DNA of 38,442 nt from Gammaproteobacteria bacterium (lineage in GTDB: Bacteria > Pseudomonadota > Gammaproteobacteria > UBA4575): positions 1 to 38,442 of the forward strand of contig JANQKJ010000022.1 of assembly GCA_028281205.1 (NCBI GenBank), given 5' to 3'. The position numbers and the translations under genes are program-made. The notes under the pieces are model-generated. The model was not told the DNA's origin, ran no database searches, and saw only the letters and a list, made by a program, of their open reading frames with translations. Of this stretch, positions 1 to 6,971 are shown piece by piece; position 1 is the stretch's first letter; the number at the start of each line of letters is the position of its first letter.

Positions 1-658
1 TACCCTTATGAGGTAGAAATAGTCCACAACCAAAACTACGCCCTTCACCTATGCCTTGTTGCTGAAGTAATACCGACTCTGTTGGGTCAAGACCATCGAT
101 CATGAGACTGCGTGTAGTGAGAATTTTGTCTGGGAAGCGTAAGTTGGTAGTACGTCCACTCATCATTTTCTGTGGACGAATGTTTTTCTCGGCCAACAAT
201 TCTACCATCTCACTTAAAAAAGCAGTTTCATCCTCAATTTCATTGGCTAAGATGTAGCGTGCAAAGATAGTCGTTAATTTAGATAGTTTTCTAATAGTTG
301 GTTTCGAAAATTCTAGGGAAACATTACAGATTTGGATAGATTGTCCATCCAGGGCTTTGACATCATCGATATGTTCATGGGGTGTGCGGATTGTGAATAG
401 TGTTCTCCTCGAAGGGAATAGCAACTCATCAGGTTCGCTGGGTCGAATCCAGCCGTTACCAGACTCGGCGCCATGAATAAGATGTATTCCGGCACCAGTA
501 CTATCCTTTATCCAGGGTAGTTGGGAAAGAATGGCTTGCGAAAGAGGGTAGGCATGGTCAAGTGGTAATTGTGGACACTTTATTTTGAAGTTAACGTCGA
601 CGATGTCATCAGGGACTTCGTAGACAGCCTCTTTGTTATTATCGTCGTTCCAAAACAT
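1..658 (-). CDS. Cas6/Cmx6-like RAMP protein (CRISPR-type endoribonuclease fold); C-terminus cut by the window edge
   Basis: Absent from the supplied ORF track because it has no stop inside the window. My own translation of the minus strand from the ATG at 658-656 gives 219 sense codons down to position 2 with no in-frame stop: MFWNDDNNKEAVYEVPDDIVDVNFKIKCPQLPLDHAYPLSQAILSQLPWIKDSTGAGIHLIHGAESGNGW...LLQQQGIGEGRSFGCGLFLPHKG. GIGEGRSFGCG fits the Cas6 glycine-rich loop signature GhGxxxxxGhG exactly. The N-terminal LPLDH-aromatic segment and the GCGlFlP ending match my recollection of the subtype I-MYXAN Cas6/Cmx6 family. The ATG lies 2 nt after the stop of the upstream 64-aa ORF. Confidence 0.6.
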   Translation of the reverse strand, partial: MFWNDDNNKEAVYEVPDDIVDVNFKIKCPQLPLDHAYPLSQAILSQLPWIKDSTGAGIHLIHGAESGNGWIRPSEPDELLFPSRRTLFTIRTPHEHIDDVKALDGQSIQICNVSLEFSKPTIRKLSKLTTIFARYILANEIEDETAFLSEMVELLAEKNIRPQKMMSGRTTNLRFPDKILTTRSLMIDGLDPTESVLLQQQGIGEGRSFGCGLFLPHKG

Positions 659-660
659 AG

Positions 661-855
661 CTAGGACTGCCTGGCTGAGGTAAACACAGACTCTAGAATA
701 TCTTCCCAATCTTCAGGGGTATCTTTAAATGGTGGGCGTACATCCATTTGGAAAAAGATTTCACCTTGGGCAGCACGTTTTTTTATTTCGGCTTTTAATT
801 GTTCAAAGCTTTGCATGCTGTGATCCTGCATTAATATTTCGCTTAATGAGAGCAT
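661..855 (-). CDS. small acidic hypothetical protein (64 aa), middle gene of the TauD-like/Cas6-like operon
   Basis: ORF track entry. It starts 11 nt after the TauD-like stop and ends 2 nt before the Cas6-like ATG, so the packing is operon-like. The sequence is helical-looking and charged (QLKAEIKKRAAQGE...DTPEDWEDILESV). I recognise no family. An internal Met (MQDHSMQS...) could be the true start. Confidence 0.45.
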   Translation of the reverse strand: MLSLSEILMQDHSMQSFEQLKAEIKKRAAQGEIFFQMDVRPPFKDTPEDWEDILESVFTSARQS

Positions 856-866
856 TCTTTAATTAG

Positions 867-1739
867 CTATTTTATTTGGCTGAATAATCGATTATATGAA
901 CGAACACGATACATGAGGCGTTGTTGTTGAGGAATATTCCCATTTGTAAAGGCGCTACGCCCATGCAGTATATTGTTACAAACTAATCCCTCCCCAGGCT
1001 GTAGAGTGTAGTGCAACACATACTCGCTATCTGCTAATAATTCCTCAATTATGTCTACTGCACGTAGTAGGTCTTTATCTTGTTTCCATTGAATGCTTCG
1101 GGAGCGGGCGGTATAGCGCATCTGCAGAGTGTTTGTTGATGGGTCGCGATAAAAAACCGGGCCGCTTTGGGCGCTGCGAACCTCCACGCCATTTTCAATA
1201 TTAGCGGGAATAGTCAACGCATCTGGTTGACACAAAGCAGTGATCAAAGAGGGGGCTGTATCATATAACTGTATATATATAAGTTCATGATTTATAAGCA
1301 TATTCTCTCCTCCTTGCGCAGCATTACGCACGCAGTGGAGAAGAAATGAGCGAATATGCTGTGATAATGGGTTGTAGTAGCCATCCGTATGCCAATTAAG
1401 CGCTTTGCTAGTGTAAGGGATATAACCCTGAGCACGCCCTAGGTCCATGACCTCTAAAGAGGATATACTGTCATTATCCGCACATAAGTTCTGGTCTAGT
1501 TCGTACATGCTAAATTGCCTAGCCATAGTGGCTATGATCGATTTTTCACTAATATTAGAGTCGGAGAATCGATATAGTGCAAAATTATTTTGTCCACAGT
1601 GTTGCTTTAATAATGCCAGTTCGGCATCGCTGAGCGAGCTGGGATCGGCAATTAATACCGGTTTGAGTGAAGCTTGGCTAACTTTATGTGTTAGCTTATT
1701 TTCGCGCCACTCGCTATAGTTGTTTTCAAAGTCAAACAT
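867..1739 (-). CDS. TauD/TfdA-family Fe(II)/2-oxoglutarate-dependent dioxygenase
   Basis: 290-aa ORF. It carries the HxD facial-triad motif in a TauD-like context (ALNWHTDGYY) and a distal His followed by Arg (NNILHGRSAF). Length and layout are typical of taurine-dioxygenase-like enzymes. The substrate cannot be inferred. Confidence 0.8.
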   Translation of the reverse strand: MFDFENNYSEWRENKLTHKVSQASLKPVLIADPSSLSDAELALLKQHCGQNNFALYRFSDSNISEKSIIATMARQFSMYELDQNLCADNDSISSLEVMDLGRAQGYIPYTSKALNWHTDGYYNPLSQHIRSFLLHCVRNAAQGGENMLINHELIYIQLYDTAPSLITALCQPDALTIPANIENGVEVRSAQSGPVFYRDPSTNTLQMRYTARSRSIQWKQDKDLLRAVDIIEELLADSEYVLHYTLQPGEGLVCNNILHGRSAFTNGNIPQQQRLMYRVRSYNRLFSQIK

Positions 1740-2123
1740 TTAAAAGTTGGTAAATTTAAGTTTGCGAGCAGGTTAACGTTTTACTTAACTTTAGTAGGTT
1801 TTTCGCAGAGAGACTTTAGCATTAAATCTATATAGCTCCATTAGTCCGAATTGTGTATTGAAAAGTATGCCAAGCTTTTGAAATTTATATAAAAAATATG
1901 ATTTTCTGTATTACTAAAATACAGGGTTATTATAAAAATTTATGGCGCTATATCCCGGTTGAGATAAGGCTGTTAACCCCCCGCATCCCATAGGTAGGAT
2001 TTTGCTCATCAGCCGGCAACTCTAGACTTATTTACCTATATACAGCCGGCGGGAAGGCTGTCCTGCGCGTGGAATAACATAACCCCAAGTTAGAAATTAA
2101 CTGGTTAATTAGGAGAATTAAAA

Positions 2124-3389
2124 ATGGCTGACCAGCATCATGATACCCCAATGCTTGATGAGTTAGAAAACGGACCATGGCCAAGCTTTATATCTGGTTT
2201 TAAGCGTCTTCGTGATAAGCATGAAGATAAGAGAATTAGCGGAATGGCTAATGACTTACTCGGTCAATTAGAGCATTCATATGAAACGCGTAAAGGTTAC
2301 TGGAAAGGTGGAACAGTCAGTGTATTTGGTTATGGTTCTGGCATCATTCCACGTTTCTCTGAAGTAGGTGATGCTTTCCCAGAGTCGCGAGAATATCACA
2401 CTTTAAGAGTTCAGCCGCCAGCAGGAAACTATTACACGACAGACATGCTTCGACAGCTAGGTGATAGCTGGGAAAAATGGGGCTCAGGCATGGTTACTTT
2501 CCATGGCCAAACTGGAAACATTATGTTCATCGGTACATCTACCGAGAATACCCAACACTTTTTCGACGAGATTAACGAGTACGGTTGGGACTTAGGCGGT
2601 GCCGGTCCATGTGTGCGTACCGGAATGTCCTGTGTGGGTGCGGCACGTTGTGAAATGTCTGCACTTGATGAGATGAAAATTCATCGTACTTTACTAAATA
2701 ACTTCACTGACGATGTTCATCGTCCAGCACTTCCTTATAAATTCAAATTCAAAGTATCTGGCTGCGGTAATGACTGCATGAACTCAATTGAGCGTTCTGA
2801 TTTTGCCATCATTGGTACTTGGCGCGACGACATGAAAGTTGATCAGGAAGAAGTGAAGAAGTTTGTTGCACGCAAAGGTCGCGAATATGTAATCGATAAT
2901 GTCGTAACTCGTTGTCCAACAAAAGCGTTGTCGCTTAAAGATGACGATACTATGGAAGTTGATAACCGTAACTGCGTACGTTGTATGCATTGCATGAATG
3001 TTATGGTTAAAGCGCTTTCACCAGGTGATGACAAGGGTGCAACTATCCTTATCGGTGGTAAGCGTACTTTAAAGATTGGTGACTTGATGGGAACAGTAGT
3101 TGTCCCATTCATGAAACTTGACACTGAAGAAGATTATGAAAAGTTAACTGAATTGGCAGAAGAGACTATCGATTTCTGGGCTGAAAACGGCTTGGAGCAT
3201 GAACGCTGCGGCGAGATGGTCGAGAGAATTGGCCTGGTTAACTTCCTTGAAGGGGTCGGCATCGAAGTTGATCCAAATATGGTTAATGATCCTCGTCAAA
3301 GTTCGTATGTGCGTATGGACGGTTGGGACGAAGAAGCAGAGAAGTGGTTCCAGCGCAAAGCTGAAGAGAAAGCTGCGGCTGCAGGTTAA
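2124..3389 (+). CDS. dsrA: dissimilatory (reverse-type) sulfite reductase alpha subunit DsrA
   Basis: 421 aa. Siroheme/[4Fe-4S] cysteine motif C-x5-C...C-x3-C (SCVGAARC ... GCGNDC) and a ferredoxin insert (CPTKAL...NCVRCMHCMNV). AGGAGA Shine-Dalgarno upstream. First gene of a canonical dsrABEFHC order. Confidence 0.95.
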   Translation: MADQHHDTPMLDELENGPWPSFISGFKRLRDKHEDKRISGMANDLLGQLEHSYETRKGYWKGGTVSVFGYGSGIIPRFSEVGDAFPESREYHTLRVQPPAGNYYTTDMLRQLGDSWEKWGSGMVTFHGQTGNIMFIGTSTENTQHFFDEINEYGWDLGGAGPCVRTGMSCVGAARCEMSALDEMKIHRTLLNNFTDDVHRPALPYKFKFKVSGCGNDCMNSIERSDFAIIGTWRDDMKVDQEEVKKFVARKGREYVIDNVVTRCPTKALSLKDDDTMEVDNRNCVRCMHCMNVMVKALSPGDDKGATILIGGKRTLKIGDLMGTVVVPFMKLDTEEDYEKLTELAEETIDFWAENGLEHERCGEMVERIGLVNFLEGVGIEVDPNMVNDPRQSSYVRMDGWDEEAEKWFQRKAEEKAAAAG

Positions 3390-3436
3390 TTGTTGCTTCA
3401 AAAAACAGTTTTACATACAACTTTATTTAAATCACT

Positions 3437-3464
3437 AAAGCCTGCGTAATTTATGCAGGCTTTT
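3437..3464 (+). terminator. stem-loop in the dsrA-dsrB spacer (terminator/attenuator-like or mRNA-stabilising hairpin)
   Basis: aaagcctgc (3437-3445) pairs perfectly with gcaggcttt (3455-3463). The loop gtaatttat can add 3 more pairs. The 3' arm runs into TTTT. It sits in a 94-nt gap between two subunits of one enzyme. Confidence 0.35.
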
Positions 3465-3483
3465 AGTTCGGAGACAAAAAACA

Positions 3484-4557
3484 ATGGCACAAGAGCATAG
3501 ACCACCAATCGAATCGGGATGTCCCGACGGATTTCAATACATGCACCCCGTTATGCGTAAGAACTATGGTGACTGGGATTACCATGAACATCCACGTCCA
3601 GGTGTGCTGCTTCACGTAGCAAAAAATGGTGACCAGATCTGGACTGTACGTGCAGGGACACAACGTATATTAGATGTATTCACTCTACGTACACTGTGCG
3701 ATATTGGTGATAAGTATGCTGATGGTTATGTGCGCTTTACTATTCGTTCAAACATTGAATACATGGTAGCTGACGAAGCGAAAGTGCAACCAATGATCGA
3801 TGCGCTTGAAGCGGAAGGCTTTGTAGTTGGCGGTACTAAAAACTCAGTAGCAATGATCTCGCATACACAAGGCTGGTTGCATTGCGATATTCCTGGCACT
3901 GACGCGTCGGGAGTTGTTAAGGCAATGATGGATGAGCTGATTGATGAGTTCAAAGAAAACAACATGCCAAACCGTGTTCACATGACTACATCATGCTGCC
4001 AAATTAACTGTGGTGGACAAGGCGATATAGCAATTAACGTTCAACACACCAAGCCACCAAAAATTAATCATGATTTAGTTTCAAATGTTTGCGAACGACC
4101 TTCAGTTGTGGCGCGTTGCCCGGTGGCTGCAATTCGTCCCGCACAGGTTAATGGTAAGCCTTCATTGGAAGTGGATGAAAAGAAATGTATTTGTTGTGGT
4201 GCTTGCTTCCCACCATGCCCGCCAATGCAGATTAATGATGCTGAGCACACCAAACTTGCTATATGGGTTGGTGGTAATCACTCTAATGCACGTGGCAAGC
4301 CTACATTCCAAAAGCTAGTGGCTGCCGGTATTCCTAACAATCCACCACGCTGGCCAGAAGCAACAGCGATTGTTAAACGTATTTTACGCGCATATAAAGA
4401 TGATGCACGTGACTGGGAAAGAATTAATGATTGGGTCGAGCGTGTAGGTTGGCCACGATTCTTTGAATTAACTGGTCTTCCATTCACCAAGTTCCACATT
4501 GATAACTGGAGAGGTGCGCGTCGCAGTCTTAACTCTTCTACTCACATCCGTTTTTAA
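3484..4557 (+). CDS. dsrB: dissimilatory (reverse-type) sulfite reductase beta subunit DsrB
   Basis: 357 aa. TSCCQINCGG cysteine cluster and a ferredoxin domain (CPVAAIRP...CICCGACFPPCP). Positioned directly after dsrA. Confidence 0.95.
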   Translation: MAQEHRPPIESGCPDGFQYMHPVMRKNYGDWDYHEHPRPGVLLHVAKNGDQIWTVRAGTQRILDVFTLRTLCDIGDKYADGYVRFTIRSNIEYMVADEAKVQPMIDALEAEGFVVGGTKNSVAMISHTQGWLHCDIPGTDASGVVKAMMDELIDEFKENNMPNRVHMTTSCCQINCGGQGDIAINVQHTKPPKINHDLVSNVCERPSVVARCPVAAIRPAQVNGKPSLEVDEKKCICCGACFPPCPPMQINDAEHTKLAIWVGGNHSNARGKPTFQKLVAAGIPNNPPRWPEATAIVKRILRAYKDDARDWERINDWVERVGWPRFFELTGLPFTKFHIDNWRGARRSLNSSTHIRF

Positions 4558-4575
4558 GACTAGGGGAGTTTATTT

Positions 4576-4968
4576 GTGAAATTTGGGATCTTAGTTAACG
4601 AGGGGCCATATACCCATCAAGCGTCTGACTCAGCATATAAATTTGCTAAAGCCGCAATTGATAAAGGTCACGAAGTATTCCGCGTGTTCTTTTATCATGA
4701 TGGTGTAAATAACGGTACGGCACTTGCGGTGCCTCCACAGGATGATCGACATATCCCTAATCAGTGGTCGGAACTGGCTAAACAGCACAACGTGGATTTA
4801 GTGCTATGTGTAGCAGCAGCGCAGCGACGTGGAATGCTTGATGAGGATGAAGCCAAGCGTAATGGCAAGTCAGCCAACAATGTTGCGGAAGGCTTTCGTA
4901 TTTCTGGCCTTGGCCAGCTAATCGAAGCTGGTATTCAGGCAGATCGTTTGGTTGTGTTTGGCGACTAA
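4576..4968 (+). CDS. dsrE: sulfurtransferase complex subunit DsrE
   Basis: 130 aa, GTG start preceded by GGGGAG. MKFGILVNEGPY N-terminus and the conserved active-site Cys context (DLVLCVAAAQRRG), typical of the DsrE/TusD family. Confidence 0.9.
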   Translation: MKFGILVNEGPYTHQASDSAYKFAKAAIDKGHEVFRVFFYHDGVNNGTALAVPPQDDRHIPNQWSELAKQHNVDLVLCVAAAQRRGMLDEDEAKRNGKSANNVAEGFRISGLGQLIEAGIQADRLVVFGD

Positions 4969-4983
4969 GCAAGGAGAATAGAT

Positions 4984-5403
4984 ATGGAAGACGGTGATCA
5001 AGTCGTTAAAAAGTTTATGTACATGAACCGTAAAGCACCTTACGGAACAATCTATGCACTGGAGTCATTAGAGGTAGTGCTTATTGCTGCCGCTTTTGAT
5101 CAAGATGTGAGTCTTGTATTCGCAGACGATGGTGTTTATCAGTTAATGAAAGGTCAAGACACAGATGATATCGGGATGAAAAACTTTTCTCCCACATATT
5201 CTGCATTAGGTGACTATGACATTAAGAAAATCTACATCGAAAAAGAATCTCTTGAAGAGAGAGGTCTAACACTGGCAGATCTGCAAGAGCTGAAGTACGA
5301 AGATGAAGATGACGATTGGGCAGAAAAAGATTCTATTCATCTTGTTACGCGTGCCGAGCTTGCGGATGTTATTGATGCGCAAGATGTAGTATTTAGTTTT
5401 TAG
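4984..5403 (+). CDS. dsrF: sulfurtransferase complex subunit DsrF
   Basis: 139 aa. VVKKFMYMNRKAPYGTIYALESLEVVL matches the DsrF/TusC-type N-terminus as I remember it from Allochromatium. Position is between dsrE and dsrH. Confidence 0.9.
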   Translation: MEDGDQVVKKFMYMNRKAPYGTIYALESLEVVLIAAAFDQDVSLVFADDGVYQLMKGQDTDDIGMKNFSPTYSALGDYDIKKIYIEKESLEERGLTLADLQELKYEDEDDDWAEKDSIHLVTRAELADVIDAQDVVFSF

Positions 5404-5414
5404 AGGATTCGAAT

Positions 5415-5723
5415 ATGACAATGTTACACACAGTAAATAAGAGTCCATTTGAAAGAAACGCACTCGATTCATGTATAAGTTTAGCTAAAGCTGGCAGCTC
5501 CATACTGTTAACAGAAGATGGTGTTGTAGGTGCTATGCAGGGGACTTCGCACTCAAAGAAAATTGAGGAAGCGATGGCGAATATTTCATTTTATGTGCTT
5601 GGTCCTGATCTGAAAGCGCGCGGACTCAGCGAAAGTAATGTAGTAAATGGAGTCAAGGTAGTAGATTACAGCGGCTTTGTTGATTTGGCAGCAGATCATG
5701 AGTCCGTACAGTCGTGGTTGTAA
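5415..5723 (+). CDS. dsrH: sulfurtransferase complex subunit DsrH
   Basis: 102 aa, DsrH/TusB-like, with the conserved N-terminal Cys (ALDSCISLA). Third member of the dsrEFH triplet. Confidence 0.9.
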   Translation: MTMLHTVNKSPFERNALDSCISLAKAGSSILLTEDGVVGAMQGTSHSKKIEEAMANISFYVLGPDLKARGLSESNVVNGVKVVDYSGFVDLAADHESVQSWL

Positions 5724-5789
5724 ATGTTATCTGCTCGCGCATCAAATTTTAATTGTAATTAAACATAGTAATAAACTAGGAGAAACCAA

Positions 5790-6122
5790 ATGCCTATAGA
5801 AGTTGATGGCCAAAGTTATGAAACTGATGAAGAGGGTTATCTAGCCAATTTAAATGAATGGCGTCCTGAGCTTGCAACAGCAATGGCTCAAGCAGACGGC
5901 GCTGATTTAGACGAGAACCATTGGGAAGTAATTAACTTTCTTCGTGAGTACTACGAAGAGTATCAAATTGCACCAGCAGTACGTGTACTAACTAAAGCGA
6001 TTGGTAAAAAGCTTGGCAAAGATAAAGGCAATAGCAAATACTTATATGAGCTATTTCCATATGGCCCAGCTAAACAAGCGTGTAAGTACGCTGGCCTGCC
6101 CAAGCCAACAGGTTGCGTATAA
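5790..6122 (+). CDS. dsrC: sulfur-carrier / DsrAB substrate protein DsrC
   Basis: 110 aa. The C-terminal arm ...QACKYAGLPKPTGCV carries the two conserved cysteines (C-x10-C, penultimate-residue Cys). Strong SD (AGGAGA). Confidence 0.95.
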   Translation: MPIEVDGQSYETDEEGYLANLNEWRPELATAMAQADGADLDENHWEVINFLREYYEEYQIAPAVRVLTKAIGKKLGKDKGNSKYLYELFPYGPAKQACKYAGLPKPTGCV

Positions 6123-6159
6123 GAAACTCTGAAAATAGTTTTCAGCAAGCGTTTTGCCG

Positions 6160-6191
6160 GCGCTGTACTTACAGGTGCAGCGCTTGTTTGT
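6160..6191 (+). terminator. rho-independent-terminator-like hairpin after dsrC (probable partial terminator/attenuator inside the dsr cluster)
   Basis: gcgctgtac (6160-6168) pairs with gtgcagcgc (6175-6183): 9 bp including one G-U, with a 6-nt loop, followed by TTGTTTGT. A weaker AU hairpin, ctgaaaa-tag-ttttcag, lies at 6129-6145. Confidence 0.45.
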
Positions 6192-6246
6192 CCGCCGACA
6201 AAAAACTAAATTTTCAAAGTATCTTTTACACGGTTATTGTTAACTA

Positions 6247-6969
6247 ATGTCTATCTTATTCGCTATTTTATTTTATGCCGCAACGGCAATATTAGTGTTT
6301 GGTCTTGCATATCGTATTCGTAAATATATTAAGACCCCCGCACCTTTAAAGATTCCTACTACTCCTGCACCAACAAGTCGTTCTGGCGTTGCGTTTAGAA
6401 TGATTAAAGAAATAACTATTTTTGAAAGTTTATTTAAATCAAGCAAATGGACTTGGTTGTTTGGATGGTTATTCCACTTTGGATTGCTTTTAGTATTGCT
6501 GCGTCACTTGCGTTATTTCACTGAGCCAGTTTGGTGGTGGGTAGAGTTAATACAGCCTTTTGGAAAATATGCATCGATTGTCATGTTAGTTGGCTTAGGT
6601 GGATTATTGGTACGTCGAATCTTCGTCGACCGCGTGCGTTATATCTCAGCACCTTCAGATTACCTCATGTTGTTACTTATTATTGGTATTGGTGCAACGG
6701 GTGTACTTATGACATTTGTGACACATACAGATATTGTCACGCTTAAGAGCTACTTGTTAGGTTTGATGGTATTTGAAATTCGCACTATGCCGACTGATAT
6801 CGTTCTAATTATTCATTTGGCGCTAGTAATTTTATTAATGGCAATTTTCCCAATCTCAAAATTGTTACATGCCCCAGGTGTATTTTTTAGTCCGACTCGA
6901 AACCAGGTGGATAATCCTAGAGAACAGCGTCATATAGCGCCTTGGGCAGTTAAACTGGAGAGTAAATAA
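6247..6969 (+). CDS. dsrM: membrane dihaem cytochrome b DsrM (NarI/HdrE-like)
   Basis: 240 aa, multiple predicted TM helices with conserved His residues. Position is immediately before dsrK. Confidence 0.9.
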   Translation: MSILFAILFYAATAILVFGLAYRIRKYIKTPAPLKIPTTPAPTSRSGVAFRMIKEITIFESLFKSSKWTWLFGWLFHFGLLLVLLRHLRYFTEPVWWWVELIQPFGKYASIVMLVGLGGLLVRRIFVDRVRYISAPSDYLMLLLIIGIGATGVLMTFVTHTDIVTLKSYLLGLMVFEIRTMPTDIVLIIHLALVILLMAIFPISKLLHAPGVFFSPTRNQVDNPREQRHIAPWAVKLESK

Positions 6970-6971
6970 GC

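Noticed and set aside
313-495. 60-aa minus-strand ORF from the supplied track
   Set aside because: It lies out of frame inside the much longer uninterrupted Cas6-like reading frame (2-658, minus). It has no SD or recognisable motif and is most likely a shadow ORF.
1447-1719. 90-aa plus-strand ORF antisense to the TauD-like gene
   Set aside because: It is entirely embedded antisense in a well-supported 290-aa dioxygenase gene. It has a low-complexity Ser/Leu-rich translation and no ribosome-binding site.
2784-3401. Several minus-strand ORFs (68-93 aa) and a plus-strand 79-aa ORF overlapping dsrA
   Set aside because: All are antisense or off-frame shadows within dsrA, whose frame carries the diagnostic siroheme/Fe-S motifs.
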